Below are positions 8,643 to 18,144 of a DNA stretch of 64,000 nucleotides, piece by piece (position 1 is the first letter of the stretch; every line of letters starts with the position of its first letter). The DNA is taken from the NCBI GenBank assembly GCA_963720755.1, contig CAVRGP010000011.1, positions 128,001 through 192,000 on the forward strand, read 5' to 3'. The notes under the pieces are model-generated. The model ran no database searches and had not been told where the DNA came from. It saw only the letters and a list, made by a program, of their open reading frames with translations. The position numbers and the translations under genes were made by a program. The DNA comes from an uncultured Chloroflexia bacterium (GTDB taxonomy: Bacteria; Chloroflexota; Limnocylindria; Limnocylindrales; CSP1-4).

Positions 8643-9263
8643 ATGCGCTCGTCGACTGCACGCCTCGCCGCCGCGATCACCGTCGCCATCTTCGTCGTGT
8701 TCGGATGCGCGTCAGCCAGGAACCCGACCCCGGTCGTGACGTCGACCCTGCCAACGACCCCGACCCCGACCCCGCCGCCGCCCACCAGCGCGCCCCCGGC
8801 TCCCGTCGCGACACCGACCCCAACGCCTGCGACGACCGTCATCCCGACCGCGTCGGCGGACGCCACGCCCCGCGTGGTCGAGCTGACTGCGATCCTCGCT
8901 GTTGCCGAGGCCGATCGGTTCGAGACCTTCGGCGGAGAGGCCATCCGCCTCGAACACGTCTGGTCTCCAACGATGGATCTCGGTCTTGGGGGTACGTGCG
9001 GTCCCAGCTCCGTGCCATGGCTCGAATGTCTCGGTGTCCCGGACTGGTTGATCCAACCCGCCTCGGACGACGCCGGCTACGACGGCGCGCGACTCGGCAT
9101 CCTGTACGAGCCGGGTCTGGGCGAGCGGCTCGCCCTGGGCGAGGGCCCCGTGGACGTGATCGGCCACTTCGGCGACCCCGCCTCGAAGCAATGCCGTCCG
9201 AAAGATCGTGCTGCGTGTCGTGATCGGTTCGTCGTCACCAGCATCGAGAAGGCCGGGTCCTAG
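8643..9263 (+). CDS. Hypothetical lipoprotein with Pro/Thr linker
   Basis: MRSSTARLAAAITVAIFVVFGC lipobox; C-terminal GHFGDPASKQC...CRDRFVVTSI. Confidence 0.75.
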   Translation: MRSSTARLAAAITVAIFVVFGCASARNPTPVVTSTLPTTPTPTPPPPTSAPPAPVATPTPTPATTVIPTASADATPRVVELTAILAVAEADRFETFGGEAIRLEHVWSPTMDLGLGGTCGPSSVPWLECLGVPDWLIQPASDDAGYDGARLGILYEPGLGERLALGEGPVDVIGHFGDPASKQCRPKDRAACRDRFVVTSIEKAGS

Positions 9264-9279
9264 CCAGGTATCTGTCGCC

Positions 9280-9717
9280 TCAAGCGCGGCGGTAGTCGAT
9301 CTCCCAGGCCACGATCCAGGTGGCCCGGTCATCGGCCGAGCGCTGCCATTGCCAGCGGAACGAGTCCTCGGTGACATCGAGCCAGACCATCCGCTGGACG
9401 ATCCTGGCTCCGTCGATCCTGGCCTCGCGTTCGAAGGCGATGCGTCCATCGACGTCGACGCCGACGAGATCGAGATAGGCGCCGGTCGAATCGACCCAGG
9501 TTTGGCGCCAGCGGCCGTCCCTGGCGTCCAGTACAGACAGGCTGCGTCCCTTGAGTGTGTCGTCGTCGTCGCGGCCATCGAACGTTTCCTCGATGACACG
9601 CTCGTCCAGGATCCGACGGATCGTGTTCGTACCGTGACCGCCGCCGGCCCAGGTCACGATCCATCGCCCGAGCCAGAAATCGAGCGCCGTCGCGCCGAGC
9701 GGATCGACGGGGGTCAT
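9280..9717 (-). CDS. DUF1579-like beta-barrel protein
   Basis: LDFWLGRW...GRWRQTWVDS...WQRSADD...WEIDYRR pattern. Confidence 0.65.
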   Translation of the reverse strand: MTPVDPLGATALDFWLGRWIVTWAGGGHGTNTIRRILDERVIEETFDGRDDDDTLKGRSLSVLDARDGRWRQTWVDSTGAYLDLVGVDVDGRIAFEREARIDGARIVQRMVWLDVTEDSFRWQWQRSADDRATWIVAWEIDYRRA

Positions 9718-9796
9718 GCGATCGAGTGGGGGCTGGCGCCATCGTGCCACGATACACGCACTCGCCCTGCGCGAACCTCCTGGCCATGTGACGATC

Positions 9797-10258
9797 ATGG
9801 CCATGACCTTCGTCCCTGACGACTTCACACCGCCCGACGGGCTCGATCACGAGCGGTTCCGGTTGCGTCCGCTCGGCCCGGAACACAACGGTTCGGACTA
9901 CGCGGCGTGGACCTCATCCATCGACCACATCCTGGCGACGCCAGGGTTCGAAGGGGCATCCTGGCCGCGGCCGATGACCCTCGCGGAGAACCTCGGCGAC
10001 CTCGAGCGCCATGCGGCCGATTTCGAGGCGCGCACGGGCTTCACCTACACGGTTCTGGCGACCTCGGGGTCAACGGTCATCGGCTGTGTATACATCTACC
10101 CGAGTGAGGCGGTCGGGATCGACGCTCGGGTTCGATCATGGGTACGGGCGGCCGATGCCGATCTGGATACCGCCCTGTATCTGGCGGTGAAGGAATGGCT
10201 GCGGATCGACTGGCCATTCGAGCGGATCGATTACGCGGAACGACCCTCAGGCGGGTAG
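9797..10258 (+). CDS. GNAT-like N-acetyltransferase
   Basis: FRLRPLGPEHNGSDYAAW...FTYTVL...IGCVYIYP conserved pattern. Confidence 0.7.
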   Translation: MAMTFVPDDFTPPDGLDHERFRLRPLGPEHNGSDYAAWTSSIDHILATPGFEGASWPRPMTLAENLGDLERHAADFEARTGFTYTVLATSGSTVIGCVYIYPSEAVGIDARVRSWVRAADADLDTALYLAVKEWLRIDWPFERIDYAERPSGG

Positions 10259-10658
10259 CCGCTCCCAGTCGACCCAGGCGATGCCGTCCCAGAAGCGATG
10301 CCACGATCGATCCGTCCCGGCCGGGTGCCCAGACATCGATCCGGTCCGCGCTCCATGAAGACGCGGAGGGCGAGCCGGAGGCGTCCAGGACGCCGCCGAG
10401 CGACTCCCACGGATGCCAGGCGCTACCGTCCCAGTATCGGTTCCAGAGTTCGCCGTCGGCGAAGACGGCGAAGACTTGCAGCCGATCGGGTGCCCAGGCT
10501 GTCGCGGCCGGGGGCGAGGCCAGGGTCCCGCCGAGAGATTCCGTCTCGGCCCAACGACCACCGTCGAAGGCCCGATGCCGCAGACCATCGTCGTCGCCGG
10601 ACCAGAACAGGTCGATCCGGTCCGGACCCCACGAGACTGCCGACACGCCATTGGTCAC
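10247..10658 (-). pseudogene. Trp-rich lectin-like beta-propeller repeat protein, frameshifted near 10310
   Basis: Repeats SAVSWGPDRIDLF / AATAWAPDRLQVF / SASSWSADRIDVW; the C-terminus WHRFWDGIAWVDWERL is in another frame. Confidence 0.6.
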
Positions 10659-10683
10659 GAGGCTTCCTCCATATGGAGGAAGC

Positions 10684-10917
10684 CTACTCGGACGCCGCGA
10701 GGGAGTGTCGGAGGTCGTCCGCGACCCCGCAGTCAAGTCGGTCGACGGCGGCCGCAGTGCCGCGGGTCATCTTGGCGAGAGCGACGGCAGTCGGCCGGCG
10801 GAAGCGCGATGGCCGGCTCGGCCGGGAGGCGCGCAGGTCGGCGGCCAGGCGGGACCGCTCGGCCTCGCGCTGCCGGTCGCGCGCGACTTCGAATGCGTAG
10901 AACGTCCAGGGATGCAT
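10684..10917 (-). CDS. Small hypothetical protein
   Basis: 77 aa, AAGGAA RBS, follows the 38 aa TM peptide. Confidence 0.6.
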   Translation of the reverse strand: MHPWTFYAFEVARDRQREAERSRLAADLRASRPSRPSRFRRPTAVALAKMTRGTAAAVDRLDCGVADDLRHSLAASE

Positions 10918-10937
10918 GTTGTTTCCGTTCCTTTGGG

Positions 10938-11054
10938 TCAGCGGCGGTGGTCGTCGGGAAGTTGGTCGCGCGAGTCGGCGCCAAAGGCGACCGATGCCGC
11001 ATCGAAGGCAGCCAGCGCGATGATCAGGAGGGCGATGATGACGAGGATTCCCAT
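10938..11054 (-). CDS. 38 aa single-TM peptide (MGILVIIALLIIALAAFDAASVAFGADSRDQLPDDHRR)
   Basis: Read by hand; AAAGGAG RBS; below the ORF-track cutoff. Confidence 0.65.
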   Translation of the reverse strand: MGILVIIALLIIALAAFDAASVAFGADSRDQLPDDHRR

Positions 11055-11074
11055 GGCAGTTGCTCCTTTCGAGA

Positions 11075-11157
11075 TAACCTGTTTTTAATGCCTGTTAATG
11101 GTTACTTACGGAATCTACAGGCTTGCCTGTAACCTGTCAAGCGCTCTATAGTGGTTA
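11075..11157. promoter_or_regulatory. Two TAACC-N18/20-GGTTA inverted repeats in an AT-rich divergent promoter
   Basis: TAACC 11075 / GGTTA 11100 and TAACC 11130 / GGTTA 11153; both start TAACCTGT. Confidence 0.55.
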
Positions 11158-11162
11158 GTGTC

Positions 11163-11813
11163 ATGGAACTCAACGCCACCGCCCTGCCCATCACGGACCA
11201 CGCTCACGACGTCGCCCTCGACGACACCTTCGACTTCCTGAACACGGACGACACGGAGAACGGTTTCCCAGTCGATCGGCTGCCGACCCTGGATGACGCC
11301 CTCGCCTGGTTCGTCGCTCGCGGGGTCATCCATCGCGAAGGTGCCGACCGCGTCAGGGCCCAGGATCTCGGGCACCCGGTCGTCACCTCGCGTGACCTCG
11401 CCCGCATCCACCGGGTCCGGACGGCCCTCCGCGAAGTCGCCGTCGCGATCGTCGACCATCGCGCGCCGGCGCCGAGCGCCCTGGACACCGTGAACCGCGC
11501 TCTGCACGAACGCCAGGTGATCGAGTTGGTCCCGTCGCCCGACGGTGTCCACGTCGACCATCGACATGTCGGCGATCCGATCGACGACGCGCTGGCGCGA
11601 CTGGCGGATCCGCTCGTGGCCGAACTCACCTCCGGCCACCCGGACCGGATCAAGGTGTGCGACAGCGATACCTGTGAGTGGATCTTCTATGACGGATCAC
11701 GGACGAGCCGACGGCGCTGGTGCGACATGTCCACCTGCGGCAATCGAGCCAAGGCGGCCAGGCACCGAGCCCGTGAGCGGGCGGCGAACGCCGACCCCGC
11801 TCGTTCGAACTAG
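11163..11813 (+). CDS. ABATE/CGNR zinc-finger regulator
   Basis: DFLNT N-terminal motif; C-terminal CDSDTCEWIFYD...RRWCDMSTCGNRAKA. Confidence 0.92.
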   Translation: MELNATALPITDHAHDVALDDTFDFLNTDDTENGFPVDRLPTLDDALAWFVARGVIHREGADRVRAQDLGHPVVTSRDLARIHRVRTALREVAVAIVDHRAPAPSALDTVNRALHERQVIELVPSPDGVHVDHRHVGDPIDDALARLADPLVAELTSGHPDRIKVCDSDTCEWIFYDGSRTSRRRWCDMSTCGNRAKAARHRARERAANADPARSN

Positions 11814-12727
11814 GCGCGCTCGAGGATCGGCCGGACCTCGGTCGCGAACCGGGTCATCAATTCCTCGTCATGCGGCGATGGGAACCCGGCGATGAGGTGT
11901 CGGTAGCCGATCTCGAGGAACGGCAGGAGTCGCTCGGCGACGTCCTCCGGTGTCCCCACCGGCTGGTCGGTCCACTCGGCCGCGTGCCCGTTGCGCTCGA
12001 ACATCGCCTTCTTGATCCGCTCCGCCTCACCGCGTGAGTCGCGGATGACCACGGCACCCAGGCCCGTCGTCCGTTCGATCTCGGCAGGGTCGCGACCGAC
12101 CGTCTCGCAGTGCTGGAGCAGGATGGCCTCCTTGCGCCGCACATTCTCGATCCCGCCACCCACGTTGTTGGCGTCGGCATAGCGGGCGACGAGCTTGAGC
12201 GTGACCTTCTCGCCGCCGCCGCCGATGAGCAGGGGCAGGCGTTCCTGGATCGGCAGCGGATCGTTGCGAACGGCGGTGGCGGAGTAGCGTGGGCCCGCTC
12301 GCGGTCGGGGCCTCGCCGTGGAGCATGCCCCGCATCACCGGGAGCGCCTCACCGAGCCAACGCAGGCGTTCGGGAAAGCCGCTCCCGAAGTCGAGTCCAT
12401 AGGCGCGGTGTTCTGTTTCGAACCATGCCCCACCGATGCCGAGGATCGCCCGGCCGTTCGAGATGTGGTCGAGGGTCGTGGCCATCTTGGCGGTGAGGGC
12501 AGGTTCACGGAACGTGTTCGCCCCGACCATCAAGCCGATCCGGATCCGCTCGGTCGCCTGGGCCCACGCCGCCAGCGTCAGCCAGCCCTCGTAGATCGGA
12601 CCCTCGTGGCTCCCGACGATCGGGTAGAGGTGGTCCCAGGTCCAGAGCGTGTCGTACCCGAGCCGATCTGCGCGCTCGCCGGCCTCGAGCAGGGCTGCCA
12701 GTTCGTGTACTGGTTCCAGCACAGGGC
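11810..12727 (-). pseudogene. LLM-class (luciferase-like) flavin/F420 oxidoreductase, frameshifted and lacking its own start
   Basis: GYDTLWTWDHLYP, FREPALTAKMATTLDHISNGRAILGIG, IGGGGEK; frame breaks near 12290 and 12700. Confidence 0.8.
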
Positions 12728-13318
12728 CCGACTGACGTCACCAACTGCTGCTCCCGACGGGCGGATGGGGCTGAAACAAGCAGAGCGGTCACTCATCCAC
12801 CGGCCGGTAAGTGGTGACCGTACAGGGACCAGCGGGATAGCTCGCGTGCAACGGTCGCGGTCCGGAAAGCCGAGGCCCAGGACGAGATCGCCGTGTCGCC
12901 CGGGATCGGTCGAGAAGCCACCATCCCGATGTAGCCATCGTCGGTCGGCGTCCAGCCGTCGGATCAGTTCTGCTTGTACCAGCGACACCCCGGCCTCGTC
13001 GCCGTCCGAGACGAGCATTCGGTAGGCGAACGCGTTGGTCGCGCCCTCGATACCCGACCTTGGACGCGCCCGTCGCGACCTCCTGCGCGCCCGGCATCGA
13101 GGTCGCGAAGGCCTCGTCCCCGCGAGGTCGCTCCGAGACGGTCCCGATGGCGCGCAGCCCGCCAGGATAAGCAGCATGATGCCAACCAAGGGCTTCAACG
13201 ACGGTACGTCACCGTTGTGGGGGTCCCAGGTCCAGAGCGTGTCGTACCCGAGCCGATCTGCGCGCTGGCCGGCCTCGAGCAGGTCGGGCCAGGTCGTGTA
13301 CTGGTTCCAGCACAGGGC
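12632..13318. repeat. ~97 bp imperfect direct repeat of the LLM 5' region (12632-12727 and 13222-13318)
   Basis: Both copies encode ALCWNQYT..W...LLEAG.RADRLGYDTLWTWD; only the upstream copy has a start (TTG 13339, GAGGAG RBS). Confidence 0.85.
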
Positions 13319-13437
13319 GCCAAGTCGTGTCGCGGGCAAGTGCGTCTCCTCGGTCGTGGATGGACGGTGGTGACCCAAGGGTAGCCGCCGGCCGGAAACC
13401 TGGCCCGTGCGGGCGGCTCTGCGAACCGCGCCTCGGA

Positions 13438-13783
13438 TCACTCCTGGCTGACGATGTCGACCGAGATCTCGACCGCAGGGATCGCGCCCCGGTTCTCGAG
13501 CCAGTGGGACGTGTTCCGATCCTCGGGCCAGCCCACCCCCGGTCCGTAGTCCGTCGCGACGCCGTCTCGATGGTCGGTGATCGTGCCCTGCAGGACGTAC
13601 ACGGTGCCCGGCCTGCCGATGTGGTCGTGGATCGGTCCGAAGACGCCTCCAGGCTCGATGGTCACCATCCGCATTCGAAGTTGGCGCCGTTCCATGCCCT
13701 CGATCTCGAGGCCCGAGATCGACCGCCGCGAGCAACTTCGTGGCAACACCCTTCGTCTCGGGCGCCACCGGTTCGTCACGCAT
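13438..13783 (-). pseudogene. Cupin-domain protein, frameshift near 13712
   Basis: VTIEPGGVFGPIHDHIGRPGTVYVLQG...HWLENRG cupin motifs; the N-terminus MRDEPVAPETKGV is in another frame. Confidence 0.75.
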
Positions 13784-13969
13784 CGAGATCTCCTCTCTGT
13801 ACGTCCAGGGTCACCGGCCGATCGGCCGTGGCATCAAGGGTATCCAGGGATGCCGATCGAGCCTCGTGGATCGCCTCGGCGGCCCTTGCTGCCAACCGAG
13901 GACCGTCCCGCGGCATCTCCCATGCGACGAGGTCCGATCAACCCACGGACCCGTGCCGCGAGGTGGACG

Positions 13970-15196
13970 ATGAGACCCCGAACGATCCTGAGCACGATGC
14001 TGACCGTCCTTCTGGCGGGATGTGCCGCGTCGACCGCGGATCCATCGACCGCGAATCCATCGACAAGCCCGGCCTCGTCGCCCAGCGCCGCAAGCGCGGC
14101 GGCCCCCGGGCCGAGCGACATGCCGGAACCACGAGCGGTGGACGTCGTCGCCTACCGAGGCGACGCGGCCCGTTCGGGGAACATGCCAGGCCCTGGCCCG
14201 GAAGGCACGCCCCGGATCCTCTGGACGTTCAAGGCCGGTGCCCCGATCGGATCCCAGGCCGTGGTCGTCGGGACCACGGTGTACGTCGTCTCGACCGACG
14301 GCACACTCCACGCGGTCGGCCTCGACACCGGGACCGAACGGTGGAGCGTCGATGTCGGGACCGATGCACTCGGCTCGCCGGAGATCGCCGACGGTCTCCT
14401 GATCGTGGGTGCCGACGACGGAGCCCATGCCTTCGCACTCGACGATGGGGCAGAGCGGTGGGCCGCGACGGAGACCGGCACCGTCCGGGGCGCGCCGGCG
14501 ATCGTCGCTCACACGGCCATCTTCGCCTCGAACGATGGACTCGCGACGGCGCTCGACACCAGGACCGGGACCGTTCTGTGGACCCGGACCCTGGACGCGC
14601 CGGACGACACCTCGGTTGCGGCATCGGACGACCTGGCGATCCTCGGACTCCAAGATGGGACGGTCGTGGCGCTTGCCGTCTCGGATGGGAGCGAGCGCTG
14701 GCGGACCGACACCGGCGACGGCGCTCGTATCGGGACACCGACGATCGCGGGCGGCCGCGTGTACATCGCGACGCTCGACGGGGGCGGACCCGGGACGCGT
14801 CACATCGCCGCCCTCGACCTGGCGACCGGGGGCGTCCTATGGCGCTTCGCCAGCCCCGGCGACAAGCCGTCGTACACACCGGCTGTCGCCGACGGACGGG
14901 CGATCACAGAAGGGGAGGACGGCAGCGTCACCGCCCTAGATGAGGCGAGCGGCGCGGTGCTCTGGCAGGTGAAGCGCGCCGGGCCTCGTGGAGGTCGTCC
15001 CTGCGGTCGCGGGCGGCGTGTTGTACGGGGCGAGCAATGGAGGTGTCGCGTTCGCCCTGGACGCTGCGACCGGGGCGGAGCGCTGGCAGGTCCCGATCAA
15101 GGGCACGCCCTACGGCGTCGCCGTGACCTCCGGTCTGGTCATCGTCGGCACGAATGTCGGCAACACTGTACGCGATCGGCATGGGCGACGCCATGA
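13970..15196 (+). pseudogene. PQQ/BamB-like beta-propeller lipoprotein, frameshifted near 14980 and 15165
   Basis: LLAGC lipobox, YRGDAARSGNMPGPGP, repeated ALDxxTGxxxW blades. Confidence 0.8.
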
Positions 15197-15287
15197 CCAG
15201 GACACAGAATTCCGCCAACCTCGGCCGATCCGTGGAGCATCCAACAAGGGAACCGGCCACACTGGCCGACGAACGGAGACCGAACCG

Positions 15288-16360
15288 ATGCGCATCGCGA
15301 CACCGTTGCCCACGACCCATCGACCGGGTCGTGCCTTTGCCGTCGCCGCCGTGCTCACCCTGATCGTCGCGGCGTGCGGAGGCGGAACGGCATCGATCGC
15401 GCCAAGCGGAACCACTACGGCGATCCCGACCTCGACACCGGTGGCCGTGGTCGCCACGGCCACACCGACCCCGGCATCGACGCCGACGGCGACGCCGTCG
15501 CCGACCGAGGCGCCCGCCGCGAGCCTGGTCTGCTCTGAGCAAGCGGGGCCAGCAGAGGGGCAAAGACCGAAAGACCTGACTCGGCCGGCCATCGATCCGA
15601 TCACGGGCAACGTCTGGGTCTCCTCAGCCTTCGAGATCCGTGTTCTGGATCTTCAGTCCTGACGGGAAGTACATCGAGTCGTGGGGCGAGGCCGGAACCG
15701 GACCCGGGCAGTTCGATCTGACCACCCATGACGCCAGCCCGGACGCCGGCGGGGCGATCGCGTTCGCGCCCGACGGAAGTTTCTACGTCACGGATGTGGG
15801 CAACTACCGAGTTGAGAAGTTCGACCAGAAGCGCAACTTCGTTACGGCGTGGGGCAGACTTTGGCACGGACGCCGGCCAGTTCACGGGCCCCAAGGGAAT
15901 CGCGACAGACGGCAAGACGGTCTACGTAGCCGACGATACGGGAGCCATGCAGGCATTCGACACGAGCGGCACGTTCCTGCGCTCCTTCACCTTCCCGTTC
16001 GTCCTGTTCTCGCTCGCGCCATCGGGCCACCTGTTCTCGGCAGCTCCAGTCGGGATCCTGGAAGTCGACGGTAACGGCAACACGATCTCGCACATCGATC
16101 TCGATTGGGCGAGTCTCGGTGCTGGTGCGTCGCGGGTGGTCGTCGACCAGTCGGGCGACCTGTTCCTTGGTTTGCAAGCGGACGCGGGACCGGTGGGCCT
16201 TCTCCAGCTGGCTCCTGATGGGACGATCGTGAACCGCTGGTCGACCGGAGGCGAAACGATGGCTCTGTCGCCCCAGGGCGACGGGATCTATGTCGCCTAC
16301 TCCGGCCCCGGAAACAGCGGCTGGCCGTACCTGCGCAAGTACGCGCTCCCGAAGTCGTGA
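15288..16360 (+). pseudogene. NHL-repeat beta-propeller lipoprotein 1, several frameshifts
   Basis: IVAAC lipobox; WGEAGTGPGQF, IAFAPDGSFYVTDVGNYRVEKFD and GQFTGPKGIATDG fall in different frames. Confidence 0.75.
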
Positions 16361-16371
16361 AGTCGCACGCA

Positions 16372-17474
16372 ATGCGCATCCCGTCGCTTCGTCCAATCAA
16401 CCGTTCGCTTGGCGCCTATCCTGCCGCCGGCCTTGTCCTTGGCCTGGTCGTCGCCGCCTGCGGAGGATCCTCGGGCTCGACACCGGCGGCGGCCACGCAA
16501 CCCGCAGCCAGCCAGCCTGACGTCACGCAACCCACACCGACCCCGGCATCGACGCCGACGGCCACGCCGTCGCCGACCGAGGCGCCCGCCGCGAGCCTGG
16601 TCGCCCTGACCCCGCTGTGGCAGCAGAGCGGGCCGGTGACCGACAAGACATCGACGGTCGGGATCCGCCATCGATCCGGTCACGGGCAACCTCTGGGTCG
16701 CGGTCCCGTTCGAGAACCGCTACTGGATCATCTCGCCCAAGGGGAAGTATCTGGAGTCATGGGGTCAGGCTGGCACCGGGCCGGGGCAGTTCGACTTCAG
16801 CGATCACTTGCCAGAACCCGGATGGCTGGGGCGCGATCGCCTTCGCGCCCGATGGTAGCTTCTACGTCGGCGACACCGGCAACCATCGGGTCCAGGCGTT
16901 CGACGCGAAGCGTCGGTTCCTCCGACAGTGGGGAGCCTTCGGGACCGATGACGGCCAGTTCGTCCAGATCGACAGCCTAGCGACGGATGGCCAGACGGTC
17001 TACGTGGGAGACGGGGATCGCCATGACATCCAGGCGTTCGACGCCTCCGGGGCGTTCGTCCGAGCGTTCGGCAGCGACGACGGGTTCGACTTCCTGGCGC
17101 TCGATTCGACCGGTGCGATCCACGCGACCAACCCGCAGAACCCCGCCGGGGCGGCGTTCGCGATGACCGTATTCGGCCCGGACGGTGCGGTGCGGTCGAC
17201 GACCGATCTCTCGAGCGCTGGTGGCTGGCCCCAGGCCGTCGCTGTCGATAGCGCCGGAAACTCGTACGTCAGCATCGAGGTGGGTCACTATCCGTGGACT
17301 AGCCGTGGGATCGTGGAGATCGACCCGACAGGGCAGGTCGTCCGGACCCTCGGTGGTGGCGGTGACCATGCGACCGTCACGCCTGCTGGGGACAGGATCT
17401 ACGTGACCCGCGGCGTGCAACTCGACAGCACCCAGTGGACCGACGTGCGCGCGTTCGAGATCCCGAAGTCGTGA
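16372..17474 (+). pseudogene. NHL-repeat beta-propeller lipoprotein 2 (tandem paralogue), frameshifts
   Basis: VVAAC lipobox; IAFAPDGSFYVGDTGNHRVQAFD; shares a 71 bp linker and the C-terminal PKS with paralogue 1. Confidence 0.75.
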
Positions 17475-17561
17475 TCGCAAACCGGACGACCGCCCGCCAC
17501 CTGGCGCGCTAGGCTTCGGTCGACTCGATCCACGGTCGCGCAGATGTTGGTTGGAGGGTCG

Positions 17562-18144
17562 GTGGCAGAACGGACCGATGGGATGGTCCGTCCGCTGGAG
17601 GGCGAGTTGCTGGAACTCGCCGTTTCCGGCGACCGCGACGCCTTCGATCGGCTCCTCGGACCGCGGCTCGACCGCCTCTACCGGATGGCCGTCGCGATCA
17701 CCCGGAGCGAAACGGACGCTCGCGATGCCACCCAGGACGCCTGCGTGCTGGCTTGGCGGGAGTTGCCGCGATTGCGCGACCGCTCGAAGTTCGACGCCTG
17801 GTTGTCCCAGATCGTCGTGAACGCCGCGCGGGGCGTCGTCCGACGGACCGGACGGGCGCGCGTTCGGGAGATGTCGATCGACGCCGAACCCGCTGCGGGT
17901 GGCTCGCACGTGGAGCCGTCCGTCGCCGCCGAAACGGACACGTTCGCCGACGCGGATGCGATCCAGCGGGCCTTCGGCCGCCTCGACGGCGCCACCCGGG
18001 CGCTCGCTCGTCCTCCACTACGTCGAAGGAACGCCGCTGGCGGAGATCGGGCGCATGACCGGGTCCCCGGTCGGAACGGTCAAATGGCGACTGTCGAACG
18101 CCCGACGGGCCCTGGAGCGGGCGCTGGAGGCCGAGCGGCGATGA
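17562..18144 (+). pseudogene. ECF sigma factor, frameshift near 18005
   Basis: ARDATQDACVLAWRELPRLRDRSKFDAWL, then LAEIGRMTGSPVGTVKWRL in a second frame; GGAGG RBS. Confidence 0.85.

Noticed and set aside
11095-11108. Additional TTA-N8-TTA as a fifth cassette site
   Set aside because: Lies in an AT-rich promoter with no adjacent GC hairpin; probably chance.
12632-13318. Repeat pair as a DGR template/variable repeat
   Set aside because: Differences are not adenine-specific and there is no reverse transcriptase nearby.
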